Assembly: GCF_001194135.2 (NCBI RefSeq)
Contig: NC_068982.1
Coordinates: forward strand, 24,081,305 to 24,145,304
DNA: 64,000 nucleotides
Reading direction: 5' to 3'
From: Octopus bimaculoides
Lineage: Eukaryota
Below, piece after piece: positions 39,650-53,610 of the stretch. The notes below the pieces were generated by a model, which was not told where the DNA came from, did not search any database, and saw only the letters and a list, made by a program, of their open reading frames with translations. A program made the position numbers and the translations under genes. The stretch's first letter is position 1, and each line of letters begins with the position of its first letter.

Positions 39650-39659
39650 NNNNNNNNNN

Positions 39660-39959
<300 letters not shown>

Positions 39960-40775
39960 TTACATTGAAATTCCATTCAACCAAACGTGTTTAATATATA
40001 TTTTCTGCAGTTTTTATATTTGTTTCCTTCAATCTTCTTTTTTTTCTTTCATTTTTTTCTCTTACTACACAGAAACGTAAAAAGATCTGCCTCTTTATTG
40101 ATATGAAATTTTGAATAGCAATGCATATAGTAACACTTTCAAGATATACAGTTCTTGCTGTAACGAAGAAAAACAAATTAGAATTAAGAAGACAAGATGA
40201 GAATTAAGTGAGGTGCAATTTACAGGTGTATGCTTCTCGGCATGCATGTATGTATACACACTACGACCTATGATACGTCTCATGAGATGCTATATTTACA
40301 GCTAGAAATATCTTCTCGAATTACGAGCAATATCTTTTAAGGAAGTGCAGTTGTTCCCAGTCATCATGGCACTACCTTCTCCATGTTGTTCTCTTCTATC
40401 AAATGAAAACGAAGGCGTATTATAGTTTGTCCCTAGGGTGGATACTTGCTTTTCAAAATAGATTACCCATCCCAAATTCTCATATTTAGAACTTCAGTAA
40501 TTCCGCCAATCTACTCTTATGTGGTCATTCTAGCTTGTAAATCCATATCAATGTAAATACATGATTATCGCTACGAGAGTGAATGGATGCTGTCTAGGAC
40601 ATGTTTCCCTCATGTCGTATTTAAAGAAGGCTAATCTGAGCTTTGTGTTTCATAACAAGTACAATTTATACTATAATAACATTCATATGTTTGAATCTCA
40701 AATGCGTGAAATCATATTTAATGATGAGAATATTTAAAACTTAAATCATTGTGAGGAGCTGAGAAATGGGAAATA

Positions 40776-40976
40776 TTGATCTCAAATGTTGGAACAACGC
40801 CAGTGTGTACGTTGATTGCATCAACCCCTGTGCTCAACTTGTGCTTATTTTATCGATCCCGAAAGGATGAAAGGCAAAGCCGACCCCGGCAGAATCTGTA
40901 CTCAGAACGTAATGACGAACTAAATTCTGCTAAGCATTTCGCCCGGTGTGCTAAATATTCTGTCACCTCACCACCT
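40776..40976 (-). mobile_element. tRNA-derived SINE, family A
   Basis: TTTATCGATCCCGAAAGGATGAAAGGCAAAG...CTCAGAACGTA...GCTAAGCATTTCGCCCGG. Confidence 0.85.
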
Positions 40977-41611
40977 TAGAAATGTAAAATATTGACCATC
41001 ATCATAATTAATACATTTGTTTACATTTTATATTCGACGCATTTCTAATTTAATATCAATGATGCAAAAAAGGGGAACCACATTATTACTTGTTAAACAA
41101 TATTAATCTTACATACCAATAATTTTGTAATACTCAGTATTATATATGAGTTTGCCCACTGAAGATATAGTTGTCATACTGATTTCGTAGTCGAAAAATG
41201 AAACCATATATTACTTTCTAATCTATTCGAAGTGATAGCAAAATTTAGATGGAAAACCGTTATGCAAATGCATGAATTAAATTGCTAACAAAATGTAGAA
41301 TAGAAGACCGTTATACAAATACATAAATTACACTGCTTTGTTAAATACTAGCATCGACGTTTAATTAGCTTAAATCACACATATCCGTTCATACCGTCAC
41401 TGAAGAGACTTGCAGTTATATAACTGTTTAGTATGGGTTAAAATTTAAATTAGCGGCAAATCCTAATTCCTGTAAAATTTTAGTGTCTGGATATATAGTT
41501 TAAGTCTGGATCTTTCATGGGAAGAATTCTGTAGTGAGAGAGATTTGGAGGTCACTCAGAAAATATCACAAGTCATATCCGCCTATACTCTTTTCTCTTT
41601 TACTCTTTTAC

Positions 41612-42005
41612 ATGTTTCAGTCATTTGACTGCGGCCATGCTGGAACACCGCCTTTTGTCGAGGAAATCGACCCCAGGACTCATTCTTTGTAAGCCTAGTA
41701 CTTATTCTATCGGTTTCTTTTGACGAACCGCTAAAGTTACGGGGACGTAAACACACCAGCATCGTTTGTCATGCGATGTTGGGGGGACAAACACAGACAC
41801 ACAAACACACAAATATATATATATATACATATACATATATACGACGGGCTTCTTTCAGTTTCCGTCTAGCAAATCCACTCACAAGGCTTTGGTCGGCCCG
41901 AGGCTATAGTAGAAAACACTTGCCCATGGTGCCACGTAGTGGGACTGAATCTGGAACCATGGGGTTGGTAAGCGAACTACTTACCACACAGCCACTCCTG
42001 CGCCT
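41612..42005 (-). mobile_element. tRNA-derived SINE, family B, near full length
   Basis: Minus-strand head AGGCGCAGGAGTGGCTGTGTGG (A-box) and GATTCAGTCCC (B-box), a GGGCAAGTG CORE-like block and an internal (TA)/(CA) tract. Second copy at 47871. Confidence 0.9.
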
Positions 42006-42766
42006 CACATACTCAATTAGCCGAGCTACTTTCATATTGCCAAAATTATGTGGGGGCCTTTCCTGCTTCGACTTTAGACAATGCGAGATAGATAAACCAG
42101 TTGGTTATCCATTAATATCGGCGCATAATGATAAGCTTTACATTCACTACGATAGGTCTTATAATCAAACAGCACAACATTGGAAAAGCTTCCGTTACTA
42201 AATTAAGCTGGTTATCTGCTATATAATGAGGCAGTTCTTTCGGTCGGTAAATCTCTTACATGAATTAATTCACTCATCTGACTAACTTATACCGTCAATA
42301 TGTCAAATATTGTTAGAAAGGAATACCAACATATACTCGCGCAATTAATATGGTGAAACAACTATCCTTCGATTAATATTTGCATGTGTCTAGGAATTAA
42401 GTGATCTATATGCAAATGCTTGTAGGTGTGATAAGTCTTGCTTACTACAACATTTCATTTAGCTTTGCCTAAGCGATATCCAACGATGTTTCTTGCACCG
42501 TTGGCTGATTCGCCTAATCTTCAAAACTGACTGACACGAAGCAAGCAGAATAGCTTCACTCACTAAATCCACCACCGCCAACACCAACCCACCCACCGTT
42601 TGCCAAGCAACATATGAATTCTTCTCTCAGACGATAGATCACATGTAAATCTTATCCTCCATAGTTATCCAACGCCAATTGGTTAGTTAATTAAAACACG
42701 TTCCTGTTGTAATGCAATATAACAAGCTAATATGTATAAAATTAAAATAATGTGTCGAACTATATA

Positions 42767-44048
42767 CGAGGGGTGTCCATTAAAGATTTCCCCTAACCCA
42801 TTTCCCAAGGACTGAGATAAACGAAGCTCAGCGTAATTATTAGACCTTCTTTACATAGCTACCACTAATGGTGACACACTTCTCCCATTGTTATATGCAG
42901 CAGCGAAGATTTCGTTTGTAGAAATCGGTAGGTTGCGTCCGGAACCAAGACGTTACTTCGAAAATAAGTTCATCATCATCCGAAAACGAAACAGCGCTTT
43001 CCTTTCAAAAAGGACTTCTCCGGTGGAAAGAAGTGGAAGTCAGATGGTGTGAGGTCAGGACAGTAAGCGGGATGAGGAAGTATTTCATAGCCACATGAGT
43101 GTGCTTTCATCTGGGCAGTATGTGCATCGTGAACTGGGGCATAATCTGGGTGGAGACGGACTACTTTGGTCAGCATGGCACGCCAGTCTGCGTTGATGGC
43201 GTCCCGCAACCTCTGCAGCAATGAAGCATAATATTCCCCGTTAATTGTGGTGTCCTTTGGCAGAAAATCCATCATCATCACTCCGCGCTGATTCCAAAAG
43301 ACTGTGAGCATCACATTGTCTACTGAATTTTCAACACTAGCTTTCTTTGGATGTGGTGAATTATCATGCTGCCATAGTATCGACTGGTTTTTAGTCCATC
43401 ATAGTGATGTATCTATGTTTCATCCTGTGTGATATATCCGCCAAAAAAGTGCGTCTCGTCTTTATGACAATTTACCAAATGATCCTGGGGGCAATTGACT
43501 CGTTCCTGCTTCTGAAAAGGTGTACGTATCCGGGATATACATCGTGCAGACAACCTCTGCATTTGAAATCGATCTTGAATGATTTTTTCCGCAGAGCCTA
43601 CACTTATCTTCGCTGCTTGGGCTAGTTGCCAAATAGGTATGCGATGATCCTCCAGAATGACGGCTTCCATTTTATAGACGGTGCTGTCAGTAATGGCGGA
43701 ATGTGGACATATAGGAATAGGAGCATTTTCCGCCAATTTGAAGTAGCAATGCCAGTGCTTGACTATGTCGTATGATGGTGCATCGTCACCATAAATGTCT
43801 TTCATCTCATCGAAAGACTCTTTTAGTGTACGAATTTCAAGTATAAGTACCTGATCGCTGATCTGCATTCAACTGCCTCCATTATTACACCTTAGTCCAC
43901 TTCAGCAGCCGTAACAGATAAACGAATACTAGTGGAAAGCTGCAATTTACAATATGACATGTAGAAACGTGTAATTATACTTGTACAAGTTCGATTTACT
44001 GCTATAACTGGAGGTGGGTCAGAGGAAATCTTTAATTAACACCCCTCG
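42767..44048 (-). mobile_element. Full-length (1282 bp) mariner transposon, defective
   Basis: TIRs CGAGGGGTGTCCATTAAAGATTTCCCCTAACCC and GGGTCAGAGGAAATCTTTAATTAACACCCCTCG, TA dinucleotides at both ends, internal transposase. Confidence 0.95.
42840..43882 (-). pseudogene. Mariner DD34D transposase pseudogene
   Basis: MEAVECRSAIRYLYLK start; ITQDET, HPDYAPVH and YCPDLTPSDFH, with exactly 34 residues between the last two Asp; C-terminal WEKCVTISGSYVK. Broken by frameshifts and stops. Confidence 0.92.
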
Positions 44049-45819
44049 TAAAGGATACTCAAAACATCAAGTAACGTATATTTTCTATTCTATTTTAAGT
44101 TGAATACTTTACTATTTCTCGTCGAGAATGTATTATGCTATAGTTATAACAACTTTTATATTTGAACAAAGACAGGTTTCTGCAATTAAAGGTCTTTCAT
44201 GATAGGAGAACACTCAGGCTGGTTGATGAGAGTTGTTGGTAATATGAATCTCTCGGCATCAGTGCATGTTTTCCTCTATGTATACTTTGATATTGTTGTT
44301 GATATACCTATGGCGATCACAATCATATAAGAGCACCTTCTGATTTTTGGTACTGTTACGTAATTTTCAAATATCCTGTAGTACCAATATCAATATTTTG
44401 TATAGTTATGCGCAATAAATCCGAGAATGGAGGACATGAGCTTAATATTAAAAATCTATCATAACTGAAATAGCTCCTATTCGGAAATAAACTCGTTTTA
44501 TAGAATTAATTGTACTTTCAAACGTTAAATTTACTTATTATAAGAGTGCCATTAAAATTATGGGCGGACATTTTTCGTAAATACAGTTGCATTAAGTTTG
44601 TGAAAAATTCTCCGATTTTTACAGCAAAAAATGCTACTCCGTTTTATGCTGGCAAAACAATTATATTTTTGCGTTAAAGGAACAACATCAACGACATAAA
44701 AAAATATCAATTTTTAAGTAATGCATTATTTAGTGCATTTTATCCGGGATTGGAACACGCATATTTCAACAGTCTGATAGAATAACACATTTTTTATCAT
44801 TTGATGAATCATATTGGAGTGTAGTGAAACCACTGATTTGTATATTGAAATATTGATCGACTTATATAGAATAGGAAAAGTTTCTAAGATACCAGGAAAT
44901 CTTTTAAAACTGATTAGTCCTGACAAAATTGTATAGTGGTTCTGTGTTATATTTTTATAGTAGACAAGAATAATTGTTATAGATTCAATGAATTATAGTG
45001 AAACATTTACCTCAAATGTCAAAACTACGGGCATAACTCCCACCAAAGAAACCAAACCAAAGTCTCTTTTAAAAAAAATGTAAAAAGCAGAAAATACGTA
45101 TTAAACGCAAATGTCTGAAAGAAAAGCTGGTCTTCAGATATACACATAAACACACACGCATGAGCATATCCGTAGAAATATATAGCCACACTGCTCATTT
45201 TGTGTGTCATATTGTTACAGTTATTTTTAAATATAAGAAGGACTCCTATGTGCACGCATGTGCATCAGTTAGAAAACTATTTGTTATAATACTAATGATG
45301 CTAATATATTTTTAAAATTTATCAATTATGGCTTGTAAGTTTTCTTTAATTCGGAAATAATCAAGCATTCTTCCATGTTTAAAAGGAAATTTCATCACAT
45401 GAATTATAGCTACAGTGTTTAGTAATTTTTTCTGAAAAATGTTATGCGTATTCCATTTAATTATACGCTTCATCTATTCATTAAGCCTAAGGAAGTTTCA
45501 GTATTTGTTTTCTTTATGGATGAAAATCAATTGAATGTTATAATTATGATAGACAATCTACAAAGAAGCGTTGTTTTAGTGTCTTGTTTATTTAAATCAT
45601 TTTATTTAGCAAGGGCTAAAAATATAACATCGCTTACATGTCACTATAACCGTAAGTTCACATTAAATGAATATATAACTGTGTGTGTGTGTAAGTGTGT
45701 GTGTGTGTGCGACGGCACGCTCGTCTACGCGTGCGTGTGTGAATGCGTATGTGTGTGTATGTGTTTTGTATGTATGTTTATTTATATATGAATATTATAT
45801 TTAAGTATGTTGATATGCA

Positions 45820-45853
<34 letters not shown>

Positions 45854-47644
45854 AATACATACATACATACATACATATATATATGCATATATATAATTTA
45901 GATTCAGGTGAATATGGTATTTAAATGTAGGCACCAGAATTAAGTATGGTATTATCCATACAGTTTCAAAATAAGGTGACTAAAGATCTCCCAACTTAAT
46001 GGATAATCTTCCTGTGAAAACTAAAATTTAACTTTATCCATTGATGGTATATGGTTTTACTTAAAATTCTTTCCATATCTTATTTGCTATTGCTGTTAGT
46101 TTAATGAATAGGTTGATTTGAAATTTCTTAGTTTTTAATAGTTTTTAAATTTTTATTTGATGCCTGAACCTAAAGGATTCAAGTTATTCCATTGTTGTTG
46201 TAGTATTAGCATTGTTATTTCATGGGTGATTTAAATAAATCTAATCCTTGTTCCATTATTATTTTGTATTTAGCCTATGTTAGCTAATACCAGTTCCTGA
46301 TAATTTAAGTTAGTCCAATCTAATTAAATTAGCACATAATTATCATGTTCTCTATTAATAGTTTAGTTCACCATTATATTCTATGTTAATTCCAGTCGTT
46401 CATTTTATCAGTTTCTTAAACCTTGATGAATCCATCATTATAAACCATGTAAATCCTATGTATCAATTATTTATATTAAATATATAATAAATTTATCGCT
46501 TAGGTGTTCTTTAAATGATATTAGATATATNNNNNNNNNNNNNNNNNNNNNNNNNNNNNNNNNNNNNNNNNNNNNNNNNNNNNATATATATATAAATTTT
46601 AATTTCACATCTTATTTACGGGTCCTTTATATTGGTGTTAATAAGTCTAAGTGTACTTTACCATAGCATTTAAAATTAATACCACTTCATTGTTTTTGTA
46701 TAATGCCTTAATTGATTATTTCCATTATTTCATTTTATTACACTATTTCATTTTATTTCATTATTAATTTATAATTAGGCTTTATTTATTCACGTATTAA
46801 TTAAGCAAACATTGGTATCTTAAGTATTTCAAACTTACCATATGTAAAACAATACTGGTATTTTATTATGAATAATGCAAACTATGAATAACTATTTACT
46901 GTATCTGTATACAATATAGCAACTTTATTTTATATACGCTTGATCTAGGTGTCTTATGATAATACTTCCCCTGTTCCATTTCTGCTAGTAGAGAACACCC
47001 CCCACCCTATAGTAGTTTGTCACCAAATCCTAAGAAATGTTATAACAATATCATCCATGTTTACTGTCTATACTGTTTACCCCTTACCCCACAAATAAAA
47101 TGCCAGTGTCCTCTTAAACTTTGAATTACTAGGTCTGACAAAAAAAAATATAAGATTAATGACAGTTAAAAATCTGCTTAGAATTATTTGTTAGCGTGTA
47201 TGGTCTGGCTAAGTGAAAATGTTTTTTTTTGTATTCTTCCTTTCTACTTGGAGAGATTAGATACAGTTATAAAAATATGTCCTTTTGTTTTAATGTAATT
47301 TTTTTTAAATTTCTATATCTGTCTGTAATGTTCACATTGCTTAATTAAATGGAGTCGCATGAAACGATCGTACTGCATTAACTTTGGATATCCTTTTTGC
47401 ATTATATATATATATGTTTGTATGTATGTATGTATATATATGAAAAGTATAGAATATTCTTCAATTTAGTGTTTGGGCTTTATATAAAATAACACAGAAC
47501 GTCCTCTCATTCTCTCTTCTTTCTTGTATATACGTACACACACACACACATACGCCTCACACACACACACTTACTATTCAAAATGTTTGAACTGCGTCTC
47601 ACACAGGACACGACCGCTTGCATATATATTATTATTATATATAT

Positions 47645-47850
47645 AAGACTGTGGCCATGCCGTGGTGCCAGCTTAAAGGGCTAAGTCGAAGAAACCGATT
47701 CCAGTACTGCTTTTGCTGAACCACTAATATAGGGGCACGTAATCAACCCAAAGTTCGTTTTCAAACAGAGAGGCGGGAAAAAATGAAGACACACTGCAGT
47801 TTCTCTCTAACAAATTCCTTCATAACTCATTGTTCACTCAGGAGATATAC
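47645..47850 (-). mobile_element. Degenerate SINE family B
   Basis: GACTGTGGCCATGC, TTTTGCTGAACCACTAA, CAGTTTCTCTCTAACAAATTCC. Confidence 0.6.
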
Positions 47851-47870
47851 TATTTTACTGTTGTATTTTT

Positions 47871-48262
47871 TTCAGACATTTGACTGCGACCATGCTGGAG
47901 CACCGCCTTTAGTAGAACAAATCGACCCAAGATCTTATTCTTTGTAAGCGTATGACTTATTCTATGAGTCCCTTTTGCTCAACCGCTAAGTTATGGGGAC
48001 GTAAACACACCAGCATCGGTCTTCAATCGATAGTGAGGGGATAAACGCAGATGCCCAAATACACACACATACACACACACACACACATACATACATATAT
48101 GTATTTACGACTTTCAGTTTCCGTCTACCAACGCCACTCACCAGGTTTTGGTCGGCCCGAGGCTATACTAGAAATACTTGCCGAAGGTGCCACGCAGTGG
48201 GACTGAACCGGGAGCCTCCTGTTTGGTAAACAAGCTACTTTCCACACAGCCACACCTGCGCT
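47871..48262 (-). mobile_element. tRNA-derived SINE, family B, near full length
   Basis: Colinear with 41612-42005 (TTGGTCGGCCCGAGGCTATA, GGTGCCACGCAGTGGGACTGAAC, CCACACAGCCAC). Confidence 0.9.
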
Positions 48263-49329
48263 TACATATGGAAGCAAAAATGTCAATCGTAGCGATATCT
48301 AGCTGTAGATCTCGTTGTGGCGATGTGACTTTGTGAAGTATCGAGGCATACTTACTCCGTATTATGAGGTTGCTCCAGTGAAGTGCAACTGTATAATTCT
48401 GTTTACAGAAAATCAATCACTGCAAATGTAAATATAGTTCTAATTTTCTCTTTTAGTATCAATGCACATAGCGCACAGAGGAAGATCAAATAGCCGTTCA
48501 AAGATATTTATTGCACAAGTGCAGTTAACAATTTAAAATTTCCATGTTAAAGACGTTCAGCTTTTATGTTGACACTAAACGTGTTTGATATTAAAGAGGG
48601 CAACTAATTACATTGCTGCATTGTAGTAATAGGAATGTTATAAATTTGCTTCTCAGATGCTCTTACAGTGAAACATATTGAGAAGCTATTGGATTCATAG
48701 TAACCTCATTTAGAAGTATGTGTTCACATGATAACAATTACCATTTAAATCTTCTGTAAATCGATATATCTTCATAAGTAGTGTAACTATTCCTAAATCA
48801 TATATATACACGTTATATGTTAAGCTAAATCTTACACTTTCAAAACAGGAAACAAAACATACTGTCAATTCTGTGTAAAAGAGAGAGAGAAAAAAAAAAC
48901 GACACAGTACAGCTATTACAATGCATAGGTAGTGTTGTGTTAAATATTATTTCCTGTCATCATATGTAGCTCGTATGAAAATCCATTTTCGAAATACACC
49001 TTCTACACAGAATTTTAGAGTACCTTTTCTATATAAATATCATTCGCTCTTTTTGTAAGGTTTGCTAATGAAGGAATTATTTCAAATAATACGCTTAAAA
49101 ACAGCATAACGAAAACAAATGAAAATTGTTAATATATGATAAATAGAAAATAGTGCGAATTAAAAATTGTATTTTTTACACTGATGATAAAGAAAATTTT
49201 ATGTATGTTTTCTACACTAATTTGCTGAACTGAACTGTAAAATTATCTGTTAGCAAACTATTATACCAAGAGCCACATGTGTACATATGTTAGAGCGGAT
49301 AGCATATCTATATGCTGCTATAACCTTGT

Positions 49330-49895
49330 GGCTGTTTGCTTCCTTACGTGTTTTTCTGTAATTTAATACGGCCAAATTGGCATATAATGGGAAAATACTC
49401 TGAAAGAAAGGCACCCCTGTAACCTGAATACAAGCAGAATAAAACAAGTTTCGCATATATAAGTCCACAAATACCCGAGATAAGCGGGTTTTTAGGTTTG
49501 TTTCCACACATTTAAGCTGTGTAACCTGGAGTTATTGTCCTTTAATACGAACACCTGGATAGTTTTGTTTTCGTGCTTGCTTGCTTGCGTGCATAATTGC
49601 CTGTAATTCAATACATCCAAACCGGCACATAATGGGAAGATACTCTGAAAGTAACGTGCACCTGAAATGGGAATACAAAAGGAACAAGACATTTTTCGCG
49701 TAAATGAGGCCATGGGTTCCTGAGATACGCGCTTTTCTTCCGGTACTTTAATGATTGCTTGCTTGCGTGTTGAATATTAGGGAAATACTCTGAAAGTAAA
49801 GTATCATTGAAATGTGAATAAAATCGGAACAAAACAAATTTCGCGTAAATCGGACAATGGGTTCCCGAGACACGCGGTTCTTTCAGCTACTTTGA
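49330..49895. repeat. Three diverged tandem units with a 92-nt gap-free core
   Basis: ATACTCTGAAAG at 49395, 49640 and 49785; CGC.TA exactly 57 nt downstream each time. Confidence 0.9.
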
Positions 49896-50829
49896 ACTAT
49901 TGGTGACTCCACGGTTACGGTGGTCTAGTGGTGCAATGAATAATAGCAACAACAATAACAATAATAAGGGTCGACCACTCGCCTCAATTGCGGCTGGATG
50001 TGCTCTTCGTAGCTCTAGCCAGAGAGCAGCTGAAGAAGGAGATACATACACACACANNNNNNNNNNNNNNNNNNNNNNNNNNNNNNNNNNNNNNNNNNNN
50101 NNNNNNNNNNNNNNNNNNNNNNNNNNNNNNNNNNNNNNNNNNNNNNNNNNNNNNNNNNNNNNNNNNNNNNNNNNNNNNNNNNNNNNNNNNNNNNNNNNNN
50201 NNNNNNNNNNNNNNNNNNNNNNNNNNNNNNNNNNNNNNNNNNNNNNNNNNNNNNNNNNNNNNNNNNNNNNNNNNNNNNNNNNNNNNNNNNNNNNNNNNNN
50301 NNNNNNNNNNNNNNNNNNNNNNNNNNNNNNNNNNNNNNNNNNNNNNNNNNNNNNNNNNNNNNNNNNNNNNNNNNNNNNNNNNNNNNNNNNNNNNNNNNNN
50401 NNNNNNNNNNNNNNNNNNNNNNNNNNNNNNNNNNNNNNNNNNNNNNNNNNNNNNNNNNNNNNNNNNNNNNNNNNNNNNNNNNNNNNNNNNNNNNNNNNNN
50501 NNNNNNNNNNNNNNNNNNNNNNNNNNNNNNNNNNNNNNNNNNNNNNNNNNNNNNNNNNNNNNNNNNNNNNNNNNNNNNNNNNNNNNNNNNNNNNNNNNNN
50601 NNNNNNNNNNNNNNNNNNNNNNNNNNNNNNNNNNNNNNNNNNNNNNNNNNNNNNNNNNNNNNNNNNNNNNNNNNNNNNNNNNNNNNNNNNNNNNNNNNNN
50701 NNNNNNNNNNNNNNNNNNNNNNNNNNNNNNNNNNNNNNNNNNNNNNNNNNNNNNNNNNNNNNNNNNNNNNNNNNNNNNNNNNNNNNNNATATATATATAT
50801 ATATATATACATATATTTTTGTTCTTAAT

Positions 50830-51480
50830 TAAATATCAGTCCTCTTTTATCGCAAAATCAGTCTTCTACACCTCCGGCTTTTTAAGTAAAGTCGTCTTTT
50901 TAAGTGAACTCAAAACCTACGACTCTCTGTGAGTATATAATTCCTCCTAGCCGCTCAAACATGCGATTATTTCTCTTTCATAACCAGGAAAATCTTTATG
51001 CACCTCCAAAATTCAAACGTCAGAACACTCTCCAGGAACCATGTAATACTGTAAAAAACCCATTCTGTAAAAACCATGAGCTAAATATCTATCGGTAATT
51101 AAATCAAAACCAATTAGTCTCAGTAATATACAACCTTAATTTCGTAACTGAAAATGTGTCTTTCCTTCTCTTGCTTCTGTTACGTGACTTAACACACTGT
51201 TGAGCTTATTGAACAGAACCACACATACTATCTTTTTTCAAAGTCCAACCAACAACATAAGCAAAACACTGTTTTAAATATTTTCTCGCTCCTAATTTGT
51301 AAACTCTTTCCTATCCTTTACATATAAACTTCCTTTGAATCTCCTTAGTGATGAATAATATTTATCTGAATGTCTGCCAGTCTCTTTTTCGTTCCACCCC
51401 TATATCTTCTCTCATTTACCTATGACTATCTTAAATACACTGCATAATAACTCTATATATTAACACTTAATATCTCATAA
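50830..51480 (-). pseudogene. Possible decayed L1/Tx1 ORF2 3' relic
   Basis: Frame fragments HFQLRN*GCIL..LITDRYL..GEC..*ILEVH are reminiscent of FQ.K...IL.TN..L...C..C...E.LEH. Weak. Confidence 0.25.
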
Positions 51481-52779
51481 ATATTTGCTAACACATGACC
51501 CAAGATTCATACCAAACACCTTCGCCTAGTTAAATAAACAGATACAAATACCTGCATGGTGAACCAAAATCAAACGGAAAACATTTTATGTAGCTTAATC
51601 ATGTATTGTACTGTTAGAAGCACACACAATGCTATGAAATGTTATCATGTAAAACATTAACTAAAAATGAAAAACATTATGATAGAAATAAAGTTAAAAT
51701 AGGATATGATCCTTCGCCACCCCCCACGGATCTCCTATGTTGGGATCACTATGAAACCATCCTCATGGTGATTAAGACAATACGAACGTATATAGCAAGT
51801 ACCTCATAAAGGAAATGGATAACTGTTCAATCAGCATCCTTCAAAATCAAATCCATCTGAGGTCAAAATGTGTATGGTCAAAATATTTTCGCAAAACAGT
51901 CATTATTACTCCTTTTGGGCAGCAAAATTCTAAACAATGGCACTTCATGTATAACATCATCATCTAGTACAGCTAATACAAAACGATGATGGACAAGGGT
52001 CGAAAAGAAAGATGTAATAGAGACAGAATTCACTGCAATATACTTTCCGACAGGGAGTCCAAAGACAGAGCAAACACACTTAAACCTAAGGCAGAAAATC
52101 CATACTAGTAAACCAAATACAGTAATAAATTAGATATTGTTCGCAGGAGCATCATTAAGAAAAGTTTGTTGACTGACCTATATATCTGTTGACTGACCTA
52201 CATAACATTCAATTATATGATTATATCAAATAAGGATGCAAATAATGATACAAAACATCTTTTAACTGAGGAAGCTTCTATGATGTATACATAGAGAGAT
52301 GATATTGAGAGTGAATATAGTGTAAGTGACCACACAGGCATTGAATTTGAAAATCTAAAAGCAATCACTCAATTAGACTGGCTGAAGGTCAAACATATTC
52401 ATCAGGAGATTGAAATGATATTCTCACGCCTCTCAAATCATCACAAAATCATAGATTAATGGGAAATGTGATGACAGTTATAAACCTATCTTGAGTGAAA
52501 GTAAAGTAAATCGTAACACGCTGGATAACATAGTTTTTGTGGGAGTTTCACTAGCCACTGCACTGTGTGATATTTAAGTAAATAGTAAGTCTCAACATAT
52601 AAACAGTAAACCAATATAGCAAGAGAGAATTAGAAATAAATTTATGCACTCAGATCAGATATTAAAATAGACAAGAACATTGGAAGTAAAAAATAATGTT
52701 TACATCCCAAAAGTGAAGGAAACGTTTACACTTTTACTCTCGTTTCACCCATGCAGCTGTAGTCATGCCGGAGAACTTT

Positions 52780-53610
52780 AGCTATTACATCATTCAGAAC
52801 TGCTTTGTCTATGTATAATGGATCATGCGTTCCATTTGCCTTCCTCCCGAAACCTTTTTCTTCATCTGGCAGTAAATTTAGATTGTCAAGTTGCTCGTAT
52901 ATGTTTTCTGAAAGCATTCCTATTAACAGCTTCCACACTTACTGGTAAGTAAGTGATTGGCCTATAATTGCTGCTAGTATTACCATTGATTTACCTTTAA
53001 TAAGGAATATTGTCCTCCGAGTAGTCATCCAATCTGATATTATTCTACTATTAAGGTAATTATTTTAGCCAGTACCCTAGAAATAAATCTGTCCCGAAGC
53101 CCTTCCAATTCGGCATGTTTCTTAAAACATTATTCATTAATTCACTAGACGCAGTTGGTTCCCACTCACCATTTCTTCCCTCTCATATTTAACAATACTG
53201 CATCTTCATTATGATTGACTGGCTTATCCCAAATATTACTCCAGACTTTTCTAGCTTCTGCTGCATTAGGGTTCTTATCATTATTTGTCTATATAAGCTC
53301 CACTGGTCTTTCTCAAATAATCAGTTCTGTTGATACTGATGAATGTTTTCTGATATCTGGAGAGCTTACCACCTACTGCTTTGATACGCTTTTCAGCTCT
53401 TCCAAGACTGTCCGAAATCCTTTCTCTTTGACTAAGTATATTTTCTCAACAGAAGATTTGCATTTTGTGTTTCCTAACTTTTCAGTTTCCACGTTTCTAT
53501 CCTACCCAGATCTTCTCTTGAATTCTTCACTTTATTTTCTAATCTCCTTTTCTACATTTGCTCTTTTTCAATCTTTCCTTGTGGAGTATCTAATCTAGTA
53601 ACTACTCCTC
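52780..53610 (-). mobile_element. R4/Dong-like LINE, pre-RT and RT N-terminal relic
   Basis: YLVKEKGFRTVLEELK, PNAAEARKVWSNIWDKPVNHNEDA and MWKLLIGMLSENIYEQLDNLNLLPDEEKGFGRKANGTHDPLYIDKAVL (EQKG.R...RG..DQL.IDK..L). Confidence 0.8.

Noticed and set aside
45930-46500. Possible decayed L1/Tx1 3' end on the minus strand (KLTAIANKIWKEF)
   Set aside because: A single weak motif in very AT-rich sequence; cannot be supported.
49330-49895. CRISPR-like interpretation of the three-unit array
   Set aside because: Units are long and diverged throughout, there are no unique spacers of uniform length or cas genes, and the context is eukaryotic.
52163-52200. Short direct duplication TGTTGACTGACCTA x2
   Set aside because: Ordinary local slippage duplication with no element boundaries.
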